A program made the position numbers and the translations under genes. 64,000 bases of DNA from an uncultured Acidobacteriota bacterium (lineage in GTDB: Bacteria > Acidobacteriota > Vicinamibacteria > Vicinamibacterales > 2-12-FULL-66-21). The notes under the pieces are model-generated. The model was not told where the DNA came from, made no database searches, and worked only from the letters and a program-made list of their open reading frames with translations. Positions 52,865 through 62,171 of the stretch are shown piece by piece (within the stretch, counting starts at the first letter, position 1; the number at the start of each line of letters is the position of its first letter). The stretch lies in contig CAWJNJ010000010.1 in NCBI GenBank assembly GCA_963844245.1, positions 260,209-324,208 of the forward strand. The letters are read 5' to 3'.

Positions 52865-54195
52865 GCGCTGATCCGGGTCGGGACATTCAGTTCGGGAATG
52901 ATGATGCGTGCGCAGGTCCCCTCGCCAGGCACGCTGTCCAACTGCAGCTGGTAGTTGCTGCCGTAGATCACCTGGAGACGTTCGTTCACGTTGCGCAATC
53001 CGATGCCGCTGCCCTTGACGCGCCCGGCGTGATCGTGTGATACCCCGACGCCATTGTCGATCACGTCGATGATCGCGTGGCCATTCTGCAGCGTGCTGCG
53101 GATGGTGATGCGACCTTCGCCGACCCGCGGTTCGATGCCGTGTTTGATCGAGTTTTCAACCAGCGGCTGAAGCAGCATGCTGGGAAGCACGAGGTCCAGC
53201 GTGGCCGGATCGATGTCCTTCTCGATCTTCATGCGGGGACCGAATCGCATGTGCTCGATGTCGAGATACTCGTCGACCGCTTCCAGTTCCTCGCGCAGCG
53301 TGACGAAGTGATCCTGGCTTTTCAGCAGGCGGCGGAGAAGGCCGGACAGCTTCACGATGAGGACGCGTGCCGTTTCCGGCTGCAAACGGATCAGCGACGA
53401 GATCGACGTCAGCGTGTTGAACAGGAAGTGAGGATTGATCTGACTGGCAAGCGCTTCAACGCGCGCCGCCATCAACAGCTTTTCCTGCTCCTGCAGGCGG
53501 TGCTCGATCCGGGCGCTGTTCCAGATCTTGATCGGCACCGCGACACAAAGCACCGTCGCGAGAACCACCAGGAACGAGAACAAAAGCGTTGGCGCCGGCA
53601 GGTAGAACAGGCGGTGCAGTCCGAAGCGATGCCCGAGCGCCTGGCGAATGAGCTCCAACCCGATCGGCGCGGCCAGCAGCAGGACGACCCAGTCGATCTG
53701 GAACCGGCGCACCAGCTTCCAGACGTGACGGTGCAGGTCGGTGAAGAACAGCGGTGAGAAGTGCCAGATCGCCTCTTTCGGGCAGATCTCGCGGAGGCCG
53801 CCGCCGGCAAATCCACAGCCCACGGCGAAGGGCAGCGCAATCCACTCACCCCAGATCACGGCCGTGCCGCCGACGGCGGCGCCCACGAGCGCGCCGGCGT
53901 AGGGACCGGCGAGGAGACCCGCCAGGAAGGCCCCAGGTAGCGTGAGATCGGCGGGAGGAAAGTTGAGCAGCCAGCGGATGGCGACGCCGGCCACCAGCGG
54001 AATACCCAGGCTGGCGGCAAAGACCAGCCGCTCGGGCCAATCGCGCTTCTCGGTCAGCAGGATCCGCCGGAACCACCAGAACCGGACCAGCATGGTCGAA
54101 AGCACGGCCGCCACCGCCACCTGGACGACAAGCGTCGTGAGCAGTAACTGCTCGCCCGGGAGCTCCCGTTGGTCAAGCACGGCCGAGTATAGCAA
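52861..54195 (-). CDS. Sensor histidine kinase, LytS/YehU type (multi-TM N-domain, His_kinase, HATPase_c)
   Basis: QINPHFLFNTLTSISSLI (His_kinase box) and IDNGVG...GSGIGLRNVNERL. Several TM segments at the N-terminus. The start is TTG 54195 or a nearby GTG. Confidence 0.9.
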   Translation of the reverse strand: MLYSAVLDQRELPGEQLLLTTLVVQVAVAAVLSTMLVRFWWFRRILLTEKRDWPERLVFAASLGIPLVAGVAIRWLLNFPPADLTLPGAFLAGLLAGPYAGALVGAAVGGTAVIWGEWIALPFAVGCGFAGGGLREICPKEAIWHFSPLFFTDLHRHVWKLVRRFQIDWVVLLLAAPIGLELIRQALGHRFGLHRLFYLPAPTLLFSFLVVLATVLCVAVPIKIWNSARIEHRLQEQEKLLMAARVEALASQINPHFLFNTLTSISSLIRLQPETARVLIVKLSGLLRRLLKSQDHFVTLREELEAVDEYLDIEHMRFGPRMKIEKDIDPATLDLVLPSMLLQPLVENSIKHGIEPRVGEGRITIRSTLQNGHAIIDVIDNGVGVSHDHAGRVKGSGIGLRNVNERLQVIYGSNYQLQLDSVPGEGTCARIIIPELNVPTRISA

Positions 54196-54246
54196 TTTGC
54201 CCGGGACCCACAGAGTGAGCGTCCCATCTCATCAGGCAGCTCGGAA

Positions 54247-54255
54247 CCGTTCGCG
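54247..54255. promoter_or_regulatory. CCGTTCGCG, resembling (from memory) the AlgR/LytTR core CCGTTCGTC, inside the palindrome GTTCGCGAAC
   Basis: Lies in the 212-nt divergent intergenic region between lytS and the BACON-repeat gene. A related GACCGTTGC is on the opposite strand near 54381-54389. Confidence 0.3.
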
Positions 54256-54407
54256 AACCTCCGAGCCCATCTGCACGGGCAGCAAAATCCTTCGAAACGC
54301 TTCTTCCCTCTTCATCGCCGCGAGTAGAATGACGTGTCGTCTTCGGGTCATCGCCGGGGCGCACGTAGTCACTTCAACGCAACGGTCCTCTCCCCGGGTT
54401 CTGCGTC

Positions 54408-55893
54408 ATGGGCTGGCACCTCCTTCGTCGTCATCTGTTTCGCGCCGCGCCTATTCTGCTCGGCCGCCTTGATCGCGTCCTGCGGCGGGTCATCGACAAC
54501 AGTCGTGGAGCCTGCAAGCGCCATTGCTCGATGCGGTGTCACGGTCACCGCGAGCACGCCGAGTGTCGATTGGATGGGCGGCGGCGGGTCGGTCAACATC
54601 GAGACTGGACGTGAGTGTCAGTGGACCGCGGCCGCTGAAACGTCCTGGCTGACCGTCGCCGCCGGCGCCGCCGGCCAGGGGCCGAGCACCGTGCCGTTCA
54701 GCGTCGCGGCCAACCCCGTGCCTTCGGTGCGGCGCGGGACTATCGCCGTCAATGGTCAGCGCGTCGAGATCACGCAGGCGGCGGCGGCTTGCACGATGTC
54801 CCTCTCCACGCGGGAGGTGAGTGTCGGCGCGACCGGAGGAACAGCAAGCGTCGCGATCGTCACTCAGGATCCCTGCACCTGGACGGCGGCGTCCCGTGAG
54901 CCTTGGATCACCGTGACATCGCGGACCAGCGGCGCCGGCAGCACGGAGGTCGTTTTCGAGGCCGCGGCCAACAGCGGCGTCGCGCGCGAGGGCATCGTCG
55001 AGATCGCCGGTCAGCAGGTCACCGTGTCGCAGACGGCGCCCGCGCTGGAGTGCAGCTTCACGATTGCTCCCCCGAGTGCTGCGGTCGGGGCCAGCGCTTC
55101 TCAGATAACCGTGACTGTAGCGGCGGCGCCAGGCTGCGCCTGGTCTACGAGCGGCGCTCCATCGTGGATTACTGTGTCGAACGGGAACGGGAGCGGCAAT
55201 GGGACCGTGACGCTCTCGGTCCAGAACAACACGGGCGCGACACGTAGTGCGACGGTCACGGTCGCCGGACGCCCGCTGGTGCTCGACCAGGCGGCTGCCG
55301 GCTCACCGCTTCCCCCTGCACCGCCGCCTCCTGCACCGGCGCCGTCCTGCGCATACGCGATCAATCCCACCAGTCACTCGGCGTCGGCTGCAGGCGGGAA
55401 CACGTCGGTTGCGGTCACGACGACCGCGGGCTGCAGTTGGACGACGGCCGGGGTGCCGGCCTGGATCACATTAACCACTGGCACCGGTGCCGGAGCCGGC
55501 AGCGGCGCGGTGAATCTGACCGTCGGGGTCAATAGCGGGACGGCGCGAACGGCGACGCTGACAATTGGCGGACAGTCGTTCACGGTGAACCAGGCGGCAG
55601 CGGCGGCGCCGCCGCCGCCGTGTAGCTACACCGTCACCCCCCAGACTTTCACCATCGGCAATGATGAGCGCAGCGGTGACCAGGCGCTGCTGGTCACCGT
55701 CGTCACGGGCCTGCAGTGCGCATGGACGTCAACCGTCGCGCCCGGCACATCGTGGCTGACGATCCGCTCGGGGGCCACGGGCACGGGGTCAGGCGCCGTT
55801 CTCATCGAGGTCGAACGCAATCGCGGCAAGGCACGCTCTGGCACATTGACCATCGCTGGACGCACGGTGACCATCAACCAGGAGAAGGACTAA
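54408..55893 (+). pseudogene. Lipoprotein with five tandem BACON-like domains. Frameshift in the signal-peptide region near 54465
   Basis: ATG 54408 gives MGWHLLRRHLFRAAPILLG. The main frame supplies AALIASCGGSS (lipobox). Five repeats of about 90 aa each follow the pattern C.(y/f)...P......gg..sv.V.t...C.Wt......W(i/l)t(v/i)...G.G.G.v...v..N.g..R......(i/v)(a/g)G....v.Q, spanning about 54532-55887. Confidence 0.7.
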
Positions 55894-55899
55894 GCACCG

Positions 55900-57075
55900 A
55901 TGAGGGTCATGCTGGCCGCGGTTGCGCTCATCCTCGTCATTGTCGCCCCCGGCGCGCACGCGCAGGAGCCAACCGTCCGCGACGTCCTGTCGTTTCTGGT
56001 TACGAACCAGCAAGTGCAGACCGGTGATTTCGTGAAGGACCGAGCTGCCGCCGAAGCGACCCGTGACACGATTGCGCGCGCGCTGCTCGTCGAACTCGCC
56101 ACGCTCCCGATCAGCACATCGTCTGGAGGATTCACGTATCGGCTCAATTCCACTCTGGGAACCATGGAACGCGTCAGCCAGACGTTCGGCCCCTTTTTCG
56201 TCGATCGGGCGGTGACCGCGGGACGCCGGCAAAGCTCTCTGGGAATCAGTTACCGTTATTCGAGTTTCGGGAGCCTCGACGGGAGAGATCTCGAGGACGG
56301 CACATTCATCACCACCGCCAATCGCTTTCGCAGCGATCCGGGGCCGTTCGATGTTGAAGCCCTCGCGTTGCAGGTCAGTACGTCAACCGTGACGCTCTTC
56401 GGCAACTACGGTGTGACCGACAGGCTCGATATCGGTGCCGCCGTCCCGTTCGTCACACTGCGACTCGACGGAGAGCGCACGAACACCTATAACGGCACGT
56501 CATTCGTGCAGGCACGTGGCACGTCGAACGTGACCGGCCTGGCCGATATTGCCGTCCGCGCCAAGTTCCACGTGTATGAAAAAGGCCCGCAGGGCGTCGC
56601 CGCGGGCGTCGAACTTCGATTACCGACGGGCTCGGCGGACGACATCCACGGTGCCGGCGCCGCCGCCGTCAAGCTATCCGCCGTTGGATCCGTTGGCCGC
56701 GGAAATCTGGAGAGCCATGTCAATCTCTCCTGGACTGAAGGCGGAATCTCTCGGGAGGTAGGATTTGCCGGCGCGGTCGTCTGGGCCGCCAATGCCAGGC
56801 TCTCGATCTCCGGCGAGGTCCTCGCCCGCCGGATCCAGACCCTGGGGCGAATTCAGGATGTGATCGAGCCGCATCCGACATTGAACAACGTCGACACGCT
56901 TCGACTGGTGGCAGTCGGCGAGAACGCAACGACGCGTTTCGCGGTCGTAGGGGCGAAATGGAATGTGGGTCGCACCCTGCTGCTCTCGACCCACGTATTG
57001 CTGCCGTTCAGCGACACAGGCTTCCGGCAGGGGCTGACGCCAATGATCTCGCTCGACTACGCGCTCGCGCGGTGA
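55900..57075 (+). CDS. Outer-membrane beta-barrel protein (MetA-pathway/'transporter' PF13557-like)
   Basis: Signal peptide MRVMLAAVALILVIVAPGAHAQ, alternating beta-strand pattern, a GLADIAVRAKF motif, and the ending SLDYALAR. The family assignment is by resemblance only. Confidence 0.6.
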   Translation: MRVMLAAVALILVIVAPGAHAQEPTVRDVLSFLVTNQQVQTGDFVKDRAAAEATRDTIARALLVELATLPISTSSGGFTYRLNSTLGTMERVSQTFGPFFVDRAVTAGRRQSSLGISYRYSSFGSLDGRDLEDGTFITTANRFRSDPGPFDVEALALQVSTSTVTLFGNYGVTDRLDIGAAVPFVTLRLDGERTNTYNGTSFVQARGTSNVTGLADIAVRAKFHVYEKGPQGVAAGVELRLPTGSADDIHGAGAAAVKLSAVGSVGRGNLESHVNLSWTEGGISREVGFAGAVVWAANARLSISGEVLARRIQTLGRIQDVIEPHPTLNNVDTLRLVAVGENATTRFAVVGAKWNVGRTLLLSTHVLLPFSDTGFRQGLTPMISLDYALAR

Positions 57076-57094
57076 GCGTCATGTGGTGCGCGCG

Positions 57095-58228
57095 TCACCG
57101 GGTCTGGACGCTGTCGATCTTCCACGTACTCGCGTCTTTGCTGAGTCTGAAAAGCCACTGACGCTGTTCCTGCTGGGCGACCTTGCTTCCAACCCGGCGG
57201 ACGTACCGAGCCGTCCCGCTGCACGTCGCCTGCGCCTGGGTTCCATTCACCTCGAATCGGCAGTCACTCAACGAGAGGTCCTGCGATTCGAGATTCTGGA
57301 ACGCTCTGGCAAGCGCGGCTTCATTCACCGACGGCCAGACTCGTTGCGCCGCGCTGGCATCGAGCCGCTGATAGGCGGATTGATACAGGCTGAGCGCGCT
57401 GACGATCCCATCTTCCGGCCGCGCGACAGGCGCGGCGGCTGGCGGAGGCGGCGCCGGCAGCGGGCGCGGCGCTCGCTCGTTCGACGCCTCGGGCTGAGTT
57501 CGTTTCTCCAATGCGAACGCGGGCGGCGCTGACAGGACGGAGGGCAGTGTCACAGGCGGCTCGGTGAGCCGCTCTGTACGTTCGGGGGGTGCCGGCGGTT
57601 CGGAACGGCCCGAAGGCATCATGGTGGATGGCAATTTCCCCGACCGGGAGCCAGTGGTGGAGACTGGTGGGGGAGTCGAAGGACGTCGAGTCGCTTCGAG
57701 ATTCACCGGTTTTGGCGGGCGCAGCTCACGTGCGTCCGGCGCGAGCGGAACCGCGATGTTTCGTGACGAGCCTGCCTTTGCCGGGGCGGCTTTCGCGCTC
57801 GTCGGTTGCGATCTGGTGGGAGTCGCCGCCGGTGTGTCAGGAGGTGGAACAGGCGCCGGCTTCGCCGAGACGCCGGACACGGATGTGTCCGATGACCGCG
57901 GGACGAGCCAGAAGGCGTTGAGGCCGACACCCAAGGCGAAGCAGACGGCCAACCCCGTCGCCCTACGAGCCCCGATAGAGCGGAGGGCTTTCGACGTCGG
58001 CCGAGGATGCGGTTGTGACGATGGTTGCGGCGCAGCAGCGGATTGCGTAGCTCGTTCCGCGAGAACCGGCGCCGGCCGCGCGAGTGGTGCTGCGGGTTCC
58101 GCCGCGAACGAATCGAGCGGGTCGTCGGAATCGGGAGCCTTCGGCCTGGGCTGGGACCGACCGACTTCGCTGCCGAATGCCGCCAGGGAGTCTTCGTTGA
58201 GAGAGGTTCGGCTGTTGCGGAAATTCAT
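57095..58228 (-). CDS. Single-pass membrane protein: long Pro-rich linker plus a C-terminal NTF2-like domain
   Basis: TM segment GLAVCFALGVGLNAFWLV. The linker of about 170 aa is rich in P, A, S and T. The C-terminus reads SLYQSAYQRLDASAAQRVWPS...WLFRLSKDASTWKIDSVQ. I prefer ATG 58228 over GTG 58243. Confidence 0.55.
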   Translation of the reverse strand: MNFRNSRTSLNEDSLAAFGSEVGRSQPRPKAPDSDDPLDSFAAEPAAPLARPAPVLAERATQSAAAPQPSSQPHPRPTSKALRSIGARRATGLAVCFALGVGLNAFWLVPRSSDTSVSGVSAKPAPVPPPDTPAATPTRSQPTSAKAAPAKAGSSRNIAVPLAPDARELRPPKPVNLEATRRPSTPPPVSTTGSRSGKLPSTMMPSGRSEPPAPPERTERLTEPPVTLPSVLSAPPAFALEKRTQPEASNERAPRPLPAPPPPAAAPVARPEDGIVSALSLYQSAYQRLDASAAQRVWPSVNEAALARAFQNLESQDLSLSDCRFEVNGTQAQATCSGTARYVRRVGSKVAQQEQRQWLFRLSKDASTWKIDSVQTR

Positions 58229-58381
58229 AGCCACTTCCCGCACCGTGTGCGCGGGACGGGCTCAGAAGCACACCTTACGCCCCGCGGTTTGCGCGATTCA
58301 GAATATCAGAGACTCGGAGCCGACGCGCGGCCATGCCAGCCTCAGCAGTGCGACGACAAGGCAATTTGATATGCTTTCTCC

Positions 58382-58831
58382 ATGATTCGTCCGTTCATTG
58401 TCGGCTTCTTCACGACGTTCAAGCACATGTTCAAGAAGCCGATCACCGTCAATTACCCTGACGAGAAGATCCCGGTTTTCCCGAAGTGGCGCGGCAAACA
58501 AGTCCTGATGCGGGACGAAAACGGCCTCGAAAAGTGCGTCGCCTGCGGCCTGTGCTCGGTGGCGTGCCCGGCCGATGCGATCTATCTCGAGCCGGCGGAA
58601 AACGACGGCAGCATCCAGGCCGGTCCGCGCTACGCCAAGGTCTACCAGATCCACAAGACACGCTGCATCTTCTGCGGCATGTGCGAGGAAGCCTGCCCGG
58701 TGTCGGCGATCTTCATGGGTAAGGACTACGAGCTGGCGGTCTACAGCAACAAGGATTTCATCTGGGACAAGACCGACCTGCTCGTTCCCTCCCAGATCAC
58801 CGCGCAGGCGGCGCTGCCCGCAAAGCACTGA
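58382..58831 (+). CDS. nuoI: NADH-quinone oxidoreductase subunit I (2x[4Fe-4S] ferredoxin)
   Basis: PITVNYPDEK, CVACGLCSVACP and CIFCGMCEEACP. No other nuo gene lies within the window. Confidence 0.9.
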   Translation: MIRPFIVGFFTTFKHMFKKPITVNYPDEKIPVFPKWRGKQVLMRDENGLEKCVACGLCSVACPADAIYLEPAENDGSIQAGPRYAKVYQIHKTRCIFCGMCEEACPVSAIFMGKDYELAVYSNKDFIWDKTDLLVPSQITAQAALPAKH

Positions 58832-58836
58832 GACCG

Positions 58837-59529
58837 GTGTTCGGCGCGCTGGGAGACATTCACGGCGCTTTTCACGCAGCACGAGAAATCATGGAACGGC
58901 ACCGCGAGGTGCCGTTTTGGCTTTGTGTGGGTGATGTCGCCGCCGACGATGGCCGCTACGAAGCGCTGCCGGCGCCGCTCTACTGGATCAAGGGCAACAA
59001 CGAGAACTTCGACTTCGTCGAACAATGCACGGCGGGGCAGCGTGCGGCGGGGCTTTATGCCCCGCCATACACCAACACCTACATTGCCAACGGCGAAGTC
59101 GTGACTATCGACGGCCTGCGCGTCGCGGGCCTCGGCGGAACGTTCGCCCCGACGATGTACGAACTCGCCGCCGCGGACCTGCCGCATCCCAAGAAGAACA
59201 CGCCAAAAGCCACCGAACTCGCCGACAAGCGCCGTCACTTCGTTCGCGAGGAAGTCGACCGCTGCAAGGCGATGTCGAACATCGACATCCTCCTCACCCA
59301 TGAAGCGCCGCGCCCTTTTCGGTCGCCCCGGGGGAATGATGCCGGAAAAACCCAGATCAACGAGGTCCTGAGCGCGATGAAGCCCCGGTTGCACCTCTTC
59401 GGGCACCACCACCGGTTCGCCGAAGCCACGATTTCAGGCGTCCGTTCGGTCTGCCTGGATCTGGTCGCGAATTCATACCTGCTGATCGACCCCAAGACGT
59501 TGGAATATCAGCACTTGGCTGTAAAATAA
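58837..59529 (+). CDS. Metallophosphoesterase (calcineurin-like)
   Basis: GDIHG, VGDV, GNNE, LLTHEAP and FGHHH motifs in the canonical order. Confidence 0.85.
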   Translation: MFGALGDIHGAFHAAREIMERHREVPFWLCVGDVAADDGRYEALPAPLYWIKGNNENFDFVEQCTAGQRAAGLYAPPYTNTYIANGEVVTIDGLRVAGLGGTFAPTMYELAAADLPHPKKNTPKATELADKRRHFVREEVDRCKAMSNIDILLTHEAPRPFRSPRGNDAGKTQINEVLSAMKPRLHLFGHHHRFAEATISGVRSVCLDLVANSYLLIDPKTLEYQHLAVK

Positions 59530-59534
59530 GGAAC

Positions 59535-61373
59535 TTGCTCCGCGTTCCATTTCTTGACGCCGTCGAACAACGCGTGCTCGTCTGTGACGGCGCCATGGGA
59601 ACAATGCTGTACGGCAAGGGCATTTTCCTGAATCGCTGCTTCGACGAGCTCAACCTTACTCAGCCGGATCTCGTCCTCGAAGTGCATCAGGGCTACGTCC
59701 GCGCCGGTGCGGATGTCCTCGAGACGAATACCTTCGGCGCCAACCGCATCAAGCTCGGCGCCTTTGCGCTGGCCGATAAGGTTCACGCGATCAATCTGCA
59801 GGGGGCGCGTATCGCGCGTCACGCCGCGCGCGAACAGGCATATGTCGCCGGCGCGATCGGCCCTCTCGGCATTCGCATCGAACCGTGGGGCAAAACCGGC
59901 GTCGACGAGGCCGAAACCTACTTCCGCGAACAAGCGCAGGCACTCCTCGAAGGCGGCGTGGACGTCTTTGTGCTCGAGACGTTTCGGGACCTGAACGAGA
60001 TCCGCGCCGCGATCCGCGCCATCCGCAGCATCTGCGACCTGCCGATCGTTGCGCAGGTCACGACCGAAGAGGACGGCAACACGCTCGACGGCGTGGCGCC
60101 GGAGAAGTTCGTCCCTGAACTCGAAGCGCAGGGCGCCAACATCGTCGGGCTCAACTGCAGCGTTGGCCCCGCCGCGATGCTCGAGACCATCGAGCGAATG
60201 GCGCAGGTCGCGACCACGCGGCTGTCGGCACAGCCCAACGCGGGAAGCCCTCGCGAAGTCGAGGGCCGGAACATCTATTTGTGCTCGCCGGAGTACATGG
60301 CGTCTTACGCCAGGCGCTTCATCAACAACGGTGTCCGCCTCGTCGGCGGCTGCTGCGGCACGACACCTGATCACATCCGGCAGATCAAGTCGGCGGTTCG
60401 AGCCCTGGCGCCCGCGACGCCAACGAAAGACAAGATCCCGGCCGCGGCTCGTCCGGCACCCGAGATCCGGGTCGTGCCGCGCGCCGAAAAGTCGCGGATG
60501 GCGAACGCGCTGTCGCGCGGCGGCTTCGTGGTCGCGGTTGAACTGCTGCCGCCCCGAGGCTACGACGCCCACGGGCTCATCGAGCAGGCGCGCCAGCTTC
60601 GCATCCACGGCGTCGACCTGGTCAATATTCCTGACGGGCCGCGCGCCGGCGCCCGGATGAGTGCGCTCTCGGCCTCCGTCCTGGTGCAGCAACAGTCAGG
60701 CAACGAAACGATCCTTCATTACGCCTGTCGCGACCGGAACCTGCTCGGCATGCAGTCGGACCTGCTCGGCGCCCACTCGATGGGGATCCGCAACGTCCTG
60801 CTGATCACGGGCGATCCGCCGCCGGCTGGAGACTATCCCGATGCCACCGCGGTGTTCGACGTGGACTCGATCGGGCTTACGAACGTGGTCACGCGTCTCA
60901 ACCGGGGTCTTGATATCGGTGGGCAACCGATCGGCATGCCCACGGCATTCCACATTGGTGTCGCGGTGAACCCTTGTGCCCTCGACCTCGACCACGAGTT
61001 CAGGCGGTTCAAGTACAAAGTCGAGGCTGGCGCCGAGTTCGCTATCACGCAACCCGTCTTCGACGTCGCACCGCTGGTGTCGTTCCTCGAACGCAGTGCG
61101 GCGGGCATTCCGGTGCTTGCGGCGATCACGCCGCTCGAAAGCCTCCGCCATGCGGAGTTCATGGCCAACGAAGTGCCGGGTGTCTGCGTCCCGCCCGCAA
61201 TCGTCGAGCGGATGCGGGAAGCGGAACAGCACGGCCGGGCTGCGGCGGAGGGCCTCCAGATTGCGTCGGAACTTGCCGCCGGGGTTCGTCCGTATGTGCA
61301 GGGGATCCAGATCTCAACCGCGGTGGGTGCCGTGGAGAGTGCCCTCGGTGTCGTGAAAGCCCTCGCTGCCTGA
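59535..61373 (+). CDS. Bifunctional homocysteine S-methyltransferase / 5,10-methylenetetrahydrofolate reductase
   Basis: N-domain: VCDGAMGTMLY, ETNTFGANR and GGCCGTTPDHI (Hcy-binding, Zn Cys). C-domain: FVVAVELLPPRG and LHYACRDRN...LLITGDPP (MTHFR). Confidence 0.9.
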   Translation: MLRVPFLDAVEQRVLVCDGAMGTMLYGKGIFLNRCFDELNLTQPDLVLEVHQGYVRAGADVLETNTFGANRIKLGAFALADKVHAINLQGARIARHAAREQAYVAGAIGPLGIRIEPWGKTGVDEAETYFREQAQALLEGGVDVFVLETFRDLNEIRAAIRAIRSICDLPIVAQVTTEEDGNTLDGVAPEKFVPELEAQGANIVGLNCSVGPAAMLETIERMAQVATTRLSAQPNAGSPREVEGRNIYLCSPEYMASYARRFINNGVRLVGGCCGTTPDHIRQIKSAVRALAPATPTKDKIPAAARPAPEIRVVPRAEKSRMANALSRGGFVVAVELLPPRGYDAHGLIEQARQLRIHGVDLVNIPDGPRAGARMSALSASVLVQQQSGNETILHYACRDRNLLGMQSDLLGAHSMGIRNVLLITGDPPPAGDYPDATAVFDVDSIGLTNVVTRLNRGLDIGGQPIGMPTAFHIGVAVNPCALDLDHEFRRFKYKVEAGAEFAITQPVFDVAPLVSFLERSAAGIPVLAAITPLESLRHAEFMANEVPGVCVPPAIVERMREAEQHGRAAAEGLQIASELAAGVRPYVQGIQISTAVGAVESALGVVKALAA

Positions 61374-61469
61374 GGCGGGGATTTGTTGGGCTCGAACGGC
61401 GGCCGCTGAATTGGGTCCTCGTTTGCTTGCCCCTGTATAGGCCATCGGGTTATAGTCGCAGCTCTTCTT

Positions 61470-62171
61470 ATGCCCTTATTTGAACGTAAAACGGCGTCTG
61501 ACGACGAAGTGGTTTCAGGTTCCGATGCAGGCACGCGTGCTCTGTCGGTCGCTGCTGTCGAAAACGACTTCGTGGAAGCCGTTTACGACAAGCTGGCGAA
61601 GGTGTACGACCTCACCTTTGGTCCTACGCTTCACCCGGGCCGCCTGCAAGCCATCCAGCGGATGAACATCCAGGCGGGTGAGCGTGTGCTCGAGGTCGGC
61701 GTCGGCACCGGCATCAACCTGTCGCTCTATCCCAAAGACTGCTCGGTCACCGGCATCGACTTTTCGGGCTCGATGCTCGAAAAGGCCCGGGAACGGGCGG
61801 CGCGGAAGGGCATCCGCAACATGCGGCTCCTTCAGATGGACGCCGGTGATCTGAAGTTCGCCGACGACTCGTTCGACATCGTCTACGCGCCCTACCTGAT
61901 CAGCGTCGTTCCGGACCCGGTCAAGGTGGCGCAGGAGATGAGCCGCGTGTGCCGCCCCGGCGGCCGGGTCATCATCCTGAACCATTTCCTGAGCCCGAAT
62001 CCCATCCTTTCAAAGCTCGAGCGGATGATTTCCCCGTACACGATTCACATCGGGTTCAAAGCCGACCTCGACCTGCCCGCGTTTCTCGCACAGGCGAACT
62101 TGGAACCTGTCTCGATCGAGAAGGTGAACATTCCGCGGCTCTGGTCTCTCGTTACGTGCGTGAAGGACTGA
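61470..62171 (+). CDS. Class I SAM-dependent methyltransferase (phospholipid N-methyltransferase-like)
   Basis: VLEVGVGTGINL (motif I), GIDFSGSML and PGGRVIILNH. The similarity to PmtA-type enzymes is by resemblance only. Confidence 0.75.
   Translation: MPLFERKTASDDEVVSGSDAGTRALSVAAVENDFVEAVYDKLAKVYDLTFGPTLHPGRLQAIQRMNIQAGERVLEVGVGTGINLSLYPKDCSVTGIDFSGSMLEKARERAARKGIRNMRLLQMDAGDLKFADDSFDIVYAPYLISVVPDPVKVAQEMSRVCRPGGRVIILNHFLSPNPILSKLERMISPYTIHIGFKADLDLPAFLAQANLEPVSIEKVNIPRLWSLVTCVKD

Noticed and set aside
54532-55887. Possible DNA-level repeat array
   Set aside because: The repetition is at the protein-domain level (five diverged BACON-like domains). The DNA copies are not near-identical.
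59508-60692. 394-aa minus-strand ORF
   Set aside because: It is antisense to the homocysteine methyltransferase/MTHFR fusion gene. It has no motifs.
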